64,000 bases of DNA, taken from the NCBI GenBank assembly GCA_016281915.1, contig JAEEJO010000069.1, positions 26,990 through 90,989 on the forward strand, written 5' to 3'. Every line of letters begins with the position of its first letter. Position 1 is the first letter of the stretch. Below, in pieces: positions 49,846 to 60,124 of the stretch. The position numbers and the translations under genes were made by a program. The DNA comes from Clostridiales bacterium (lineage in GTDB: Bacteria; Bacillota; Clostridia; Oscillospirales; UBA644). The notes beneath the pieces are model-generated. The model was not told where the DNA came from. It did no database searches and saw nothing but the letters and a program-made list of their open reading frames with translations.

Positions 49846-51453
49846 TTGAAAAAACGATTTTCTCTTTTTCTTGCCATGCTTTTTCTGGCCCTCTCGTTTT
49901 GTTCCTGCGAAAGGAACATTTACGTTCCCGGTCCCGTTCCCGAAACGGAAATATACAAGCCCGACAGCGTTCAGGAGGTCAAACCCGCTCAGGTGCAGTC
50001 AACGGTGGGGATAACTCTCTTCAGCTGGCAGATACCTTCTCCCGATTACGCAAAGCAGTATTGCGACAAAATCAAAGAATGCGGTTTTGATAACGTTGAA
50101 ATAGTTGTTTTATGGAGCGATATCGAGCCCGAACGCGGTGTATTCCGCTTTTCGGAGACCGATTCCGTTATAGACGTTTTCAAAGATGCCGGACTTAAGA
50201 TCAGTCTCAGCCTTCTTTTCTGGAGCGAACGTCTTGAATGGAAGGACGAGCTTGAGTATCAGCAGACTTCGGACGGGGAGATATACCGTTACGACGATAT
50301 ACGCGGTTCGTTTCTTGCCTTAAACAGTCAGAGCAATCTCGAAACGATCGCAAACACGCTAGGCTACTTTGCTGCACATTTTTCGGACAGATACTCAGAC
50401 TGTCTCACCGGCTGGTCTATCCGAACAGACTGTTTTGCAAAAATGGAATACTCTTCACTGGTCGATCTTGACTATTCGCCGTCAGCCATCAGCGCATTCG
50501 TTGATTTTCTCCGCGGAAAATACGCTTCGATCGAAGAGGTAAACGCATATTTCGAGAAAAGCTACGATTCTTTCGAGGCTATCGGCAACATGAAGCCTGA
50601 AAACATCCGTTCGGCGTTTGAATATGACTGGAAGCTTTTCAAACAGCAGACGCTTATAGATCTCTCAAATCTTTCTGCAGAAATATTCCGCATCGCTGAT
50701 CCTTCTGTTCCCGTTATTCTGCAGATAAGCAGTTTCTGGGATACTTCGGCAGCCTTTTACAGAGGCTTTTTCGATCCTTACGTTGTTTCACGTGAAACAA
50801 CCGCGGACGTTATTCAGATAACGGATGCACCACTGTGGCCCCACGATTTTTCGGTAGATCTTCTTGATTCGCTCTCAGATAAAAAAATCGCCATGGAAAC
50901 CGACGGTTCGTGGCAGGGAGAAGACATATTCAAAGAATATCTCAAACAGGTCGAGCTTTCGGCGCGGTCGGGAGTAACGGTTATACAGACTGTTAACTGG
51001 GAGCTTGAAGATCTGGAAGAATACGGCGCGACGTATCTGTCAAAATTCAAGGATCTTTACAAAAACGCCGAACCTAGAAAAGAATGCGACGAAACAGACG
51101 TTATTTTCGTAAACACGCTCGATTTTCTTCTGAAAGAGCCTCCGCAGGACCTTCATGACCTTTACTACTATGCTTATAAAAACATGACAGGTTCTTCGGG
51201 AAGAAAAGTAAGATTTATAACCGATACGCAGATCATTGACGACCCGACTATAGTTGACGGGATCAAAAAAATACATCTAGGTCAGCTTGACACCGTAATG
51301 CACATGCGCGATGAAGCGGGGAGGATACTTGCAGAATGTGATGCGATCCTTGTGGATGACAGAAACGAGCAGCCCAACTTTATAAACGAGTTTTCACAGC
51401 CGCTTGCGGAGGAGATCCAGGAAAAACTCAGGGAAAAGCTTAAAAACAGCTGA
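49846..51453 (+). CDS. lipoprotein with glycoside-hydrolase-like TIM-barrel N-terminal region (GH42-like; function uncertain)
   Basis: Signal peptide plus lipobox (FLALSFCSC). VEIVVLWSDIEPERGVFRFSETDSVIDVFKDAGLKISLSL resembles GH42/GH35-type barrels. TTG start after AAGGAG. Confidence 0.5.
   Translation: MKKRFSLFLAMLFLALSFCSCERNIYVPGPVPETEIYKPDSVQEVKPAQVQSTVGITLFSWQIPSPDYAKQYCDKIKECGFDNVEIVVLWSDIEPERGVFRFSETDSVIDVFKDAGLKISLSLLFWSERLEWKDELEYQQTSDGEIYRYDDIRGSFLALNSQSNLETIANTLGYFAAHFSDRYSDCLTGWSIRTDCFAKMEYSSLVDLDYSPSAISAFVDFLRGKYASIEEVNAYFEKSYDSFEAIGNMKPENIRSAFEYDWKLFKQQTLIDLSNLSAEIFRIADPSVPVILQISSFWDTSAAFYRGFFDPYVVSRETTADVIQITDAPLWPHDFSVDLLDSLSDKKIAMETDGSWQGEDIFKEYLKQVELSARSGVTVIQTVNWELEDLEEYGATYLSKFKDLYKNAEPRKECDETDVIFVNTLDFLLKEPPQDLHDLYYYAYKNMTGSSGRKVRFITDTQIIDDPTIVDGIKKIHLGQLDTVMHMRDEAGRILAECDAILVDDRNEQPNFINEFSQPLAEEIQEKLREKLKNS
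50784..50799. promoter_or_regulatory. parS: parS site (perfect palindrome) inside a coding sequence
   Basis: TGTTTCACGTGAAACA is an exact 16-bp palindrome matching the Firmicutes parS consensus TGTTNCACGTGAAACA. Confidence 0.8.
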
Positions 51454-51463
51454 CGAAAGAAAA

Positions 51464-51479
51464 TGTTTCACGTGAAACA
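51464..51479. promoter_or_regulatory. parS: parS site about 90 bp upstream of parA
   Basis: A second exact copy of TGTTTCACGTGAAACA, in the intergenic region before parA-parB. Confidence 0.85.
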
Positions 51480-51568
51480 CAGTTAAAAATAATGAAAATG
51501 CTTTTTCGGGCTTGATTTTCACAGCAAAAGGTGATATAATCAGATAAGCCGAAAAAGGAGGGGACAGT

Positions 51569-52354
51569 TTGGGAAAAATCATAGCAGTGGCAAACCAGAA
51601 GGGCGGAGTAGGCAAAACAACGACCGCAGTAAACCTCGCATCATGTCTGGCTGAAAAAAACAACGTCAAAGTCCTTCTCGTTGATTTCGACCCTCAGGGG
51701 AACGCAACGACGGGATGCGGCATAAACAAGAAAAAAGCAGAAATTTCTTCTTACGATATAATAGTTGCGGAAAACTGTGACGAGGCTTTGTTTGCCTCGG
51801 CTGTACATAAAACGCCGTATAAAAATCTGTCCGTGATACCGTCGTCAATCGGTCTTGCGGGTGCGGAGATATCGCTTGTAAGCGAAGAAAAAAGAGAATC
51901 AAGGCTGAAAAAAGCGCTTTCTTACGCAAAAGACTTTGATTATATTTTTATAGACTGTCCTCCGTCTCTGGGATTGCTGACACTCAACTGCTTCACGGCG
52001 GCGGATACGATCCTAATACCGATACAGTGCGAATTTTTTGCTCTCGAAGGGCTTTCGCAGCTGACAACGACGATAAAGCAGGTAAAACGCCTCTATAATC
52101 CGTCGCTTGATATCGAAGGAGTGCTCATAACGATGTATGACGGCAGGCTGAATCTGACGGCACAGGTGCTCTCGGAAGTAAAAAAGTATTTTTCGGATAA
52201 AATGTTTTCAACTATCATACCCAGAAACATACGCATAACCGAAGCGCCGAGTCACGGAAAGCCTGTAAATTACTACGATAAAGGCGCAAAAGGCACGGCG
52301 GCATACTATACGCTCGCCGATGAATTCATAAAAAGGAACGGAAGGAAGAAATGA
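51569..52354 (+). CDS. soj: chromosome partitioning ATPase ParA/Soj
   Basis: Deviant Walker A KGGVGKTT. 261 aa. TTG start after AAAGGAGGGG. Confidence 0.93.
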   Translation: MGKIIAVANQKGGVGKTTTAVNLASCLAEKNNVKVLLVDFDPQGNATTGCGINKKKAEISSYDIIVAENCDEALFASAVHKTPYKNLSVIPSSIGLAGAEISLVSEEKRESRLKKALSYAKDFDYIFIDCPPSLGLLTLNCFTAADTILIPIQCEFFALEGLSQLTTTIKQVKRLYNPSLDIEGVLITMYDGRLNLTAQVLSEVKKYFSDKMFSTIIPRNIRITEAPSHGKPVNYYDKGAKGTAAYYTLADEFIKRNGRKK

Positions 52355-53208
52355 AAAAACAGACGGGTCTTGGCCGCGGCCTCGAAGATCTTTTTGCGGA
52401 AAACTCGCTAGATATCGCGGCAGAAGAGGGGCAGATAATATACGTTCCCATATCCGACGTCGAGCCGAACAGAGAGCAGCCGAGAAAGCATTTTGATAAA
52501 GAAAAAATCGCAGAGCTGTCGTCGTCAATCGCGGAACACGGGCTTATACAGCCGATAACCGTCCGTAAAAACGGCGAAAGATACAGAATAGTATCCGGTG
52601 AAAGACGCTGGCGAGCATCAAGAATGGCGGGGCTTAAAGAGGTGCCCGTAATAATAAGGGAAATAGACGACAAAACGGCTCTTGAGCTTGCGCTTATAGA
52701 AAACCTGCAGCGCGAAGACCTCAACGCTGTTGAAGAGGCGAGAGGATATAAAACGCTTGCCGAAGACTATTCGCTCACCCAGGAGCAGATAGCAAAAAGG
52801 GTAGGAAAATCAAGACCTGCCGTTGCGAACGCAATGAGAATACTCGCATTGCCTGATGAAATTCTCGACCTTGTTCTGACCGGAAAGATCAGCTCGGGAC
52901 ACGCTCGCGCGCTGCTGCCGCTGACGGAAAGATATACGAAAGAAAAGCTTATCGCTCTCGCAAAGGAAATCGCCGAAAAAGATATTCCGGTAAGAAAAAT
53001 AGAAAATCTGGCGAAATTGCCGGATAAGAAAACAGCGAAAACAGAGCGGAAAAACGATATTTACTATGCTGAGATCGAAGACGGACTGTCCAGAAGACTC
53101 GGCCGCAAAACAAAGATCGCTCCTTCAAAAAAAGGCGGAACGATAATTATAGAATATTACGACGAAGACGACTTCAACACATTGATTGAAATGCTTGAAA
53201 TAAAATAA
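52351..53208 (+). CDS. spo0J: chromosome partitioning protein ParB/Spo0J
   Basis: ParB box GERRWRAS and an HTH region. Overlaps the parA stop. Confidence 0.93.
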   Translation: MKKQTGLGRGLEDLFAENSLDIAAEEGQIIYVPISDVEPNREQPRKHFDKEKIAELSSSIAEHGLIQPITVRKNGERYRIVSGERRWRASRMAGLKEVPVIIREIDDKTALELALIENLQREDLNAVEEARGYKTLAEDYSLTQEQIAKRVGKSRPAVANAMRILALPDEILDLVLTGKISSGHARALLPLTERYTKEKLIALAKEIAEKDIPVRKIENLAKLPDKKTAKTERKNDIYYAEIEDGLSRRLGRKTKIAPSKKGGTIIIEYYDEDDFNTLIEMLEIK

Positions 53209-53222
53209 AAAGGAGAAAAACC

Positions 53223-54509
53223 ATGCTTGATATAAAATTTGTAAGATCGAACCCCGAAGCGGTAAAAGAAAACATAAAAAAGAAATTTCAGGACGAAAAA
53301 CTGCCGCTTGTTGACAAAGTGATCGAACTTGACGCGCAGTACCGTGAGGCAAAAGCAAATGGCGACACACTCAGAGCAAAGAGAAATTCCGTAAGCAAAC
53401 AGATAGGCGCACTGATGGCTCAGGGCAAAAAAGACGAGGCGGAACAGGTAAAAAAAGAAGTTGCCGAAATTGCTGGCGAACTTGAACGTCTTTCAGCGCT
53501 TGAACCGGAGCTCGAAGCAAAAATCAGAGAAATAATGCTTGTTATACCGAATATTATCGATCCCTCCGTTCCCATCGGCAAGGACGACAGCGAAAACGTT
53601 GAGATAGAAAAGTTTGGCGAACCGGTCGTTCCCGATTTTGAGATCCCGTATCACGTTGATATAATGGAAAGCTTCAACGGTATAGATCTTGACAGCGCAA
53701 GAAAAACGAGCGGAAACGGTTTTTACTATCTCTGCGGCGATATCGCGCGTCTTCACTCTTCGATCCTCTCATATGCGCGTGATTTTATGATAGACAGAGG
53801 CTTTACATACTACGTTCCGCCGTTTATGATCCGCTCAAGCGTTGTTACGGGAGTTATGAGCTTTGCGGAAATGGAAAACATGATGTATAAGATCGAAGGC
53901 GAAGACCTTTACCTTATAGGCACGAGCGAGCACTCGATGATAGGCAAATTCATTGATTCGTTTACCGATGAAGACAAGCTTCCGCTCACTCTCACAAGCT
54001 ATTCTCCGTGTTTCAGAAAAGAAGTAGGCGCTCACGGCATTGAAGAACGTGGCGTATACAGGATCCACCAGTTTGAAAAACAGGAAATGGTAGTTGTCTG
54101 CAAACCCGAAGACAGCCCGATGTGGTTTGACAGACTCTGGAAAAACAGCGTAGACTTCTTCCGCTCGCTCAATATCCCCGTAAGAACGCTTGAATGTTGC
54201 TCGGGTGACCTTGCCGACCTGAAGGTCAAGAGCCTTGACGTTGAAGCATGGTCTCCCCGCCAGAAGAAGTATTTTGAAGTAGGTTCATGCTCCAACCTCG
54301 GCGACGCCCAGGCGCGCAGACTGAACATAAAGATAAGAGGCAAAGACGGCAACTATCTTGCGCATACTCTAAACAACACCGTCGTAGCTCCTCCGAGAAT
54401 GCTCATAGCCTTCCTTGAAAACAATCTTCAGAAAGACGGATCAGTCAGAATTCCCGAACCGCTCAGACCGTATATGGGCGGCAAGGAAGTAATAAAAACG
54501 AACAGATAA
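53223..54509 (+). CDS. serS: seryl-tRNA synthetase
   Basis: N-terminal coiled-coil arm and class II core (FRKEVGAHG, TLNNTVVA). Confidence 0.96.
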   Translation: MLDIKFVRSNPEAVKENIKKKFQDEKLPLVDKVIELDAQYREAKANGDTLRAKRNSVSKQIGALMAQGKKDEAEQVKKEVAEIAGELERLSALEPELEAKIREIMLVIPNIIDPSVPIGKDDSENVEIEKFGEPVVPDFEIPYHVDIMESFNGIDLDSARKTSGNGFYYLCGDIARLHSSILSYARDFMIDRGFTYYVPPFMIRSSVVTGVMSFAEMENMMYKIEGEDLYLIGTSEHSMIGKFIDSFTDEDKLPLTLTSYSPCFRKEVGAHGIEERGVYRIHQFEKQEMVVVCKPEDSPMWFDRLWKNSVDFFRSLNIPVRTLECCSGDLADLKVKSLDVEAWSPRQKKYFEVGSCSNLGDAQARRLNIKIRGKDGNYLAHTLNNTVVAPPRMLIAFLENNLQKDGSVRIPEPLRPYMGGKEVIKTNR

Positions 54510-54515
54510 TAAAAG

Positions 54516-54550
54516 AAAAGCAGACATAAAAAATGTCTGCTTTTTCATTT
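54516..54550. terminator. bidirectional terminator between serS and rsmA
   Basis: AAAAGCAGACAT-aaaaa-ATGTCTGCTTTTT. Confidence 0.85.
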
Positions 54551-54580
54551 TCAAAAGATTTTCGGTAAAAATATAAAGAT

Positions 54581-55447
54581 TTATAAGGCTATGCTCTTAT
54601 TTTCGCTGATTTTGTCGGAAATTCTCGCAAAATCTTCAATTCCCAATGCTTCTCCCCGAACGGAAACAGGGATGGAAAGAGATGAAAGTATATCCGATGC
54701 TTCGCTTTTCGATAAGGAAAAACCTGCGGATAAATTATTCACAAGCGTTTTTCTTCGCATTGCAAATGCGGAGCGGATCACACGGAAAAACGTTTCTTTA
54801 TCCCTGACCTTTACGCGTTCGCTTTCGGGTATCACGTCAAGCCTGATAACCGCGGAATCAACGTTCGGTGCGGGATAAAACGAGCCTGCGGAAACGCCGA
54901 AAAGAAGCTTCGGTTTCGTGTGATACATTACAGACGCCGTAACTGCGCCGTAATCAGGTGATCCGGGGGGCGAAACGAAGCGTTTTGCAAGTTCCTTTTG
55001 CACCATTACCGTTACCGATCTTACGGGAGCGCCGCCTTCAAGAAGCTGCATGATGATGGGCGTTGTGATATAATACGGCAGATTTGCGCAAACGTCAACG
55101 CCGCTTTCTCCGTATTTTTCGCAAAGAGACGCGATATCAACGTTGAGAATATCGTCGTTTATGATCTCAAGGTTTTCACACTCCGCAAGCGTTTCGGAAA
55201 GAACCGGCAAAAGAGATCTGTCTATTTCAACCGAAACAACGCTTTTTGCGCGCATGCACAGTTCTTTTGTCAGACAGCCGAACCCGGGCCCTATCTCGAG
55301 AACGAACTTTCCGTCAATTTCCGCGCCTTCCGCGATTCTGGCAGGAACGGAAGAATTGATAAGAAAATTCTGACCGAGAGTTTTTGAAAACTCAAATCCG
55401 TATTTTTCGCAAAGACCGCGTATAACGGAAAGGTTTGTCAGTTCCAT
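54581..55447 (-). CDS. rsmA: 16S rRNA (adenine1518/1519-N6)-dimethyltransferase
   Basis: KsgA family: LGQNFL and SAM motif LEIGPGFGCLT. Confidence 0.93.
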   Translation of the reverse strand: MELTNLSVIRGLCEKYGFEFSKTLGQNFLINSSVPARIAEGAEIDGKFVLEIGPGFGCLTKELCMRAKSVVSVEIDRSLLPVLSETLAECENLEIINDDILNVDIASLCEKYGESGVDVCANLPYYITTPIIMQLLEGGAPVRSVTVMVQKELAKRFVSPPGSPDYGAVTASVMYHTKPKLLFGVSAGSFYPAPNVDSAVIRLDVIPESERVKVRDKETFFRVIRSAFAMRRKTLVNNLSAGFSLSKSEASDILSSLSIPVSVRGEALGIEDFARISDKISENKSIAL

Positions 55448-55578
55448 CAGTTTTTACGGGGACGGAATACGGCAATGCCCGTAATGAGCGCGCCTATAAG
55501 CCCCGAAATAAGCACCGTTACCCACGGTACGGTAAAATCTATAATGCCTCCGCGGCGCGTTTCGATGTGAAGATCCAT
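55447..55578 (-). CDS. unannotated 43-aa single-pass membrane protein
   Basis: MDLHIETRRGGIIDFTVPWVTVLISGLIGALITGIAVFRPRKN. AAGGAG lies 5 nt upstream of the ATG and overlaps the prfB stop. Its TGA overlaps the rsmA ATG (TGATG). Below the track's size cutoff. Confidence 0.5.
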   Translation of the reverse strand: MDLHIETRRGGIIDFTVPWVTVLISGLIGALITGIAVFRPRKN

Positions 55579-55587
55579 CTTTTCTCC

Positions 55588-56703
55588 TTATTCGTTTTCG
55601 CCGTTTTTGATATATCTGAGGTATGCGTCGATGAATCCGTCGAGCGCTCCGTCCATAACGGCGTTTACGTTGCCCATTTCATAATTTGTTCTGTGGTCTT
55701 TTACAAGAGTATACGGCATAAATACGTAGGAACGTATCTGCGAGCCCCAAGCGATCTGCATCTGGTCGCCTTTTATATCCTCTATCTTGTCGAGATGTTC
55801 GCGCTCTTTGATCTCAAGAAGCTTTGATTTCAGCATTTTGAGCGCCTGCTCTTTATTCTGCTTCTGCGAACGTTCGTTCTGACAGCCTACGACGATTCCG
55901 GTGGGTATATGCGTTATTCTTATGGCGGAGTCCGTTTTGTTTATGTGCTGACCGCCTGCACCCGACGCCCTGTGCGCTTCTACTTTTATATCTTCTTCGC
56001 GTATCTCTATGTTTTTGTCGTCCGTGATCTCGGGCATTACCTCGACAGAAGCGAAAGACGTATGTCTTCTGCCCGACGCGTCAAACGGGGATATCCTTAC
56101 AAGACGGTGAACGCCTGCTTCGGACTTAAGATAACCGTATGCGTTAGGTCCTTCAATAACTACCGTTGCGCTCTTTATGCCCGCCTCTTCTCCGTCGAGG
56201 ATATCTATAGTTTTTACTTTATAGTTATGCTGTTCTCCGAACCTGCAATACATACGGTAAAGCATGAGAGCCCAGTCCTGAGCTTCAGTCCCGCCTGCGC
56301 CGGCATGAAGCGTTAAAATCGCGTTGTTCGCATCATATTCGCCGTTGAGAAGCGTTTCGAGAGTTTGTTTTTCAAACTCTTTTTCTATCGTGCGAGCCGT
56401 TTCACCCATATCGTTTTCGTATTCCTCAACGCCTTCATCCTGCGCCATTTCGGCAAGCGTTTCGGCGTCATCGATAAGTCCGAGAAGATATTTGTATCTG
56501 TTGAGCTTTTCTTTAATTGTTTTCTGCTCTACAAGAAGCTTCTGCGAACGCTCCATATCGTTCCAGAAGTCCGGTGCGGCGACAAGCTTTTCGATTTCTG
56601 CAAGTCTTTCTTCGAGCGCATCGGTTTTCATGGCGGAAGCAAGATCCTTCGCCTGTTTTCTGTAATCTTCGATTTTAAGTTTGTATTCGTCTAGTATGAT
56701 CAT
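55588..56703 (-). CDS. prfB: peptide chain release factor 2 (single uninterrupted ORF)
   Basis: SPF motif (RISPFD), GGQ motif (SGAGGQHINK), and a full N-terminal domain in frame. Confidence 0.93.
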   Translation of the reverse strand: MIILDEYKLKIEDYRKQAKDLASAMKTDALEERLAEIEKLVAAPDFWNDMERSQKLLVEQKTIKEKLNRYKYLLGLIDDAETLAEMAQDEGVEEYENDMGETARTIEKEFEKQTLETLLNGEYDANNAILTLHAGAGGTEAQDWALMLYRMYCRFGEQHNYKVKTIDILDGEEAGIKSATVVIEGPNAYGYLKSEAGVHRLVRISPFDASGRRHTSFASVEVMPEITDDKNIEIREEDIKVEAHRASGAGGQHINKTDSAIRITHIPTGIVVGCQNERSQKQNKEQALKMLKSKLLEIKEREHLDKIEDIKGDQMQIAWGSQIRSYVFMPYTLVKDHRTNYEMGNVNAVMDGALDGFIDAYLRYIKNGENE

Positions 56704-56737
56704 GGTCTGGTCCCTTTCTTAAGGAATCGAGCGTTTT

Positions 56738-58075
56738 TTATTTTCCGACGCAGAACCGGGAGAAAATATTCTCTATTATCTCTTCCGATACCGTTTTTCC
56801 CGTCATTTCACCAAGCGCGCCTATCGCGCCTTCAATATCGCAAAGCAGCGCGTCCGGCGTGATGCCTATATTTTCGACCGCGTGCTCAAGCTCGTTTTTT
56901 GCAGCAACAAGGCACTCAAACTGCCTGATATTCGCCGGCATTTCGCTTTCCGCCGCAGTTTCGGACAGCGGAAAAAGCTCTGCCACCGCTTTTTCAAGAT
57001 CCTCTTCCCCTTCTCCCGTTTTTGCGCTGATATAAACGACGCGGTCAAATCCGGCGGGAATACCGGGCTTTTCGGATGTAAGGTCAAGCTTGTTGAAAAC
57101 TGCTATTTTTTTTGCCGTCGCCCCGGATATCTTTTCCGGAACATCAACGGTTTTTTCTGTCATATCAAAAACGCAAAGTATCAGCTTTGCCTCTTCAAGC
57201 TTGCCGAGAGTTTTTTCAACGCCTATCTTTTCCGCTTCGTTATCGGTGTCGCGAAGCCCCGCAGTATCAAAAAGACGAAGCTTTACGCCGCCTATTTCCG
57301 CCTTTTCTTCAATAACGTCTCGCGTTGTTCCCGCTGCGGACGTTACTATGCACCTGTCCTCACCCAGAAGCCTGTTCATAAGCATGCTTTTACCTACGTT
57401 GGGCTTACCGGCAATAACGGTTTTTACGCCGTCCTTGATAAGTCTGCCCGAATCATAGGATCTTATAAGCTTTTCAAGCTCTGAATATGCGTATAGAACG
57501 GTTTTTCGCATCTCGTCAGCGTCCGTATCCTCGATCTCGTCGTCGGGATAATCTATAAACGCCAGCAAACGCGCGGAAATATCGATAAGTTTTTCGCGGA
57601 TGTCGTTTATTTTGTCCGAAAGTCCGCCTTTCAATCTGTTTATCGCAGCGGTCGCCTCGGTTTTTGTTTCGCTGTCTATAAGATCGATTATCGCTTCGGC
57701 TTTCAGAAGGTCGAGTTTGCCGTTAAGAAATGCGCGCTTTGTAAATTCGCCGTTTTTCGCCTGTCTCGCTCCGTTTTTTATCAGAAGACGAAGGATGCGC
57801 GAGCAATTGTATACGCCGCCGTGACATGATATCTCAACCGTGTCCTCGCCCGTAAAACTGTTCGGCGCATAAAATACCGAAACAAGAACATCGTCAACGG
57901 TCTCACGGCCGTCGACGATATTTCCGTGTATGACTGAAGACGACCGGGCTGACCGCAGCTCTCGTGAAAACACTTTTTGCGCTATCGGAACGGCATCGTT
58001 GCCCGACATGCGTATCACACCTAACGCCGCTTTATACGGCGCGGTTGAAAGCGCGGCAATCGTTTCATTTTTCAT
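56738..58075 (-). CDS. mnmE: tRNA modification GTPase MnmE
   Basis: G-domain GKPNVGKS and C-terminal CVGK tail. Confidence 0.95.
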   Translation of the reverse strand: MKNETIAALSTAPYKAALGVIRMSGNDAVPIAQKVFSRELRSARSSSVIHGNIVDGRETVDDVLVSVFYAPNSFTGEDTVEISCHGGVYNCSRILRLLIKNGARQAKNGEFTKRAFLNGKLDLLKAEAIIDLIDSETKTEATAAINRLKGGLSDKINDIREKLIDISARLLAFIDYPDDEIEDTDADEMRKTVLYAYSELEKLIRSYDSGRLIKDGVKTVIAGKPNVGKSMLMNRLLGEDRCIVTSAAGTTRDVIEEKAEIGGVKLRLFDTAGLRDTDNEAEKIGVEKTLGKLEEAKLILCVFDMTEKTVDVPEKISGATAKKIAVFNKLDLTSEKPGIPAGFDRVVYISAKTGEGEEDLEKAVAELFPLSETAAESEMPANIRQFECLVAAKNELEHAVENIGITPDALLCDIEGAIGALGEMTGKTVSEEIIENIFSRFCVGK

Positions 58076-58077
58076 AA

Positions 58078-59019
58078 TCAGTTTCCCGCTTCGATCTTTT
58101 CAGGTCTCTGCGCTCTCTTTTCTCCGGCGCGAAGTTCCACTGTCGGCTCTGAGGGAGCTGACGCCATATCCGGCGCAGCGTCTTTTCTCGGCTGACGGTT
58201 ACGGTCGGAATACTGTTTTTTATAGGGTTTTTTTCCGTAATTTCCGCGTTTTTCGACGGGTTTTGCGTCACCGGCGGGTCTGGGAGCTCTCTTTTCGCCT
58301 TCAACGAGAGTTATTTCGCCTGATTCGTTTTTATTATTGTCGTAACGCTGTTTTCCGCCGTTTTTCTTTCCGTAATTTCTGCCGCCCTGGGGCTTTCTGT
58401 CTTCACCCTGATAAGATACGACAACTTTTCTGTTCGGCTCGCTGCCTACGGAATATGTGGTGATGTTTTCTTCGTTCTGAAGATATGTGTGAATTATACG
58501 TCTCTGAAATGCGCTCATGGGATTGAGCGTTACGCGTCTCTGAGTTTTGAGGACCTGCTTTGCGGTTTTTGCGGCAAGGGCTTCAAGACGCTCTTTTATC
58601 TTTTCACGGTAATTGTTGATGTTGAGAGTAACTCTGTATTTAGTATCTCCGTCGCGGTTGAGAGAAAGTGCAATGATCCACTGCAGAGCTTCAAGCTCTT
58701 CGCCCTGTCTCTGTGTGAAAATATCGGCATCGTCGCCGTCGATTGTGATCCCGATATTGTCGCCGTCAACGGTTATGCTTGTTTTGCAGCCTTCAAGACC
58801 GACTATTCTGAAAAGGCCGGCAAGGTATTCTTCTACCCTGTCTTCTACCGATACTTCGTAATTAACAACTATCTTCGCCAAAACTGCACCGATACCGAGA
58901 AAACCTTTTTTCGGCAAAGTGTCTACCTCATAGGTAAACATATCGCTGGACATACCGAGTTCTTTTGCGGCGTTTTCTACCGCAGCCTCGACCGTTTTGC
59001 CCGTAAATGACTTTTTCAC
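58078..59019 (-). CDS. khpB: Jag/KhpB RNA-binding protein (Jag_N-KH-R3H) with a long basic C-terminal extension
   Basis: Jag_N (KTVEAAVENAAKELG) and R3H (LNPMSAFQRRIIHTYL), then a lysine/arginine/glycine-rich tail of about 110 aa. Confidence 0.88.
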   Translation of the reverse strand: MKKSFTGKTVEAAVENAAKELGMSSDMFTYEVDTLPKKGFLGIGAVLAKIVVNYEVSVEDRVEEYLAGLFRIVGLEGCKTSITVDGDNIGITIDGDDADIFTQRQGEELEALQWIIALSLNRDGDTKYRVTLNINNYREKIKERLEALAAKTAKQVLKTQRRVTLNPMSAFQRRIIHTYLQNEENITTYSVGSEPNRKVVVSYQGEDRKPQGGRNYGKKNGGKQRYDNNKNESGEITLVEGEKRAPRPAGDAKPVEKRGNYGKKPYKKQYSDRNRQPRKDAAPDMASAPSEPTVELRAGEKRAQRPEKIEAGN

Positions 59020-59050
59020 TTTTTTTCCTTTCGGAAGCGTCTGAGCGCGG

Positions 59051-60124
59051 TTATTCTGTCTTCTGTTCTTCTTCGGAAACCGTTATGGCATCCTGTATTT
59101 CGCGCTCTTTTTCGATACGCTTCATTTTTTCGATTTGATTGTAGTTCAGTTTTTTCTCTTTTTGCGGCTTCTCTTTTTCCTTCGGCGGCTTAACGATAGC
59201 CCTGAGAAGGAAGATCTGTCCGATAGCAAGAATATTGGATGTGATCCAGTAAATGCCTACGCCTGTCTGGAACGAGAACGCGAGCCATAAAGAAAGCAGC
59301 GGCATAGTGTACATAAGAAGGTTCATGCCGTTCTTTTTGCCGTCGGGAGAAGGCTGCGCGTTGAATTTCTGAGTGAGATAACTCAGAAGGAACGATGTCA
59401 GACCTGAAATGACAGGCAGAAGCGTCGCCCAAATAAAGATAGAGCCGGCGGCGCTGATGTATTCGCTCGGCGTCATGCCGAGATCGAGTCCGAGGAAATT
59501 AAGATTGAGTGTTGATATTTCGGTTATAAATCCCGCGTCCGGATGTTTTGCGGCATATTCTTCAAGCCCGGTCTTTACCGTATTGAAAACGTCGCTGTCA
59601 TTGAGCGCCTGGGCTACGCGGATCTCGTTTGTCTGAAGCCATTTTGAAACGGCGTCAAAATTTGAAGTATCGGTGTTGCCGAGAGCATCAACGATCTTGG
59701 ATACTCCGCTTGCGTTGAGAATATTCACTATCGCGTAGTTTGTAAGCTTATTGAGCCCCACAATATATGTGAGCGGACGGCGGATAGCGTTCCACAAACC
59801 GAGAATGATGGGGAGCTGGATAAGAGTGGGGAGACATCCCGACATCGGGTTGTAGCCCTCTTCGGAATAAAGCTGCTGCAGTTCCTCGGAATACTTGGGG
59901 TTTTTAGTGTCACCCTTATATTTTTGCTGCAGAGCGTTTACCTTAGGCTGGACCGCCTGCATTTTCAGTCTGCCTTTTTCTCCCTTTATGCCGAGCGGAA
60001 GCATGAGGAGTTTTGCGACAACCGCAAAAAGAATTATCGCAAGACCGTAATTATTAACCAGCATATAGCACAGTTTGAATATCCACGCGAGCGGGATATA
60101 AATAATATCTAAAATACTTTCCAT
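59051..60124 (-). CDS. yidC: membrane protein insertase YidC/Oxa1 family
   Basis: Multi-TM 60-kDa-IMP core ([16 protein letters not shown]) with a basic C-terminal tail. Confidence 0.93.
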   Translation of the reverse strand: MESILDIIYIPLAWIFKLCYMLVNNYGLAIILFAVVAKLLMLPLGIKGEKGRLKMQAVQPKVNALQQKYKGDTKNPKYSEELQQLYSEEGYNPMSGCLPTLIQLPIILGLWNAIRRPLTYIVGLNKLTNYAIVNILNASGVSKIVDALGNTDTSNFDAVSKWLQTNEIRVAQALNDSDVFNTVKTGLEEYAAKHPDAGFITEISTLNLNFLGLDLGMTPSEYISAAGSIFIWATLLPVISGLTSFLLSYLTQKFNAQPSPDGKKNGMNLLMYTMPLLSLWLAFSFQTGVGIYWITSNILAIGQIFLLRAIVKPPKEKEKPQKEKKLNYNQIEKMKRIEKEREIQDAITVSEEEQKTE

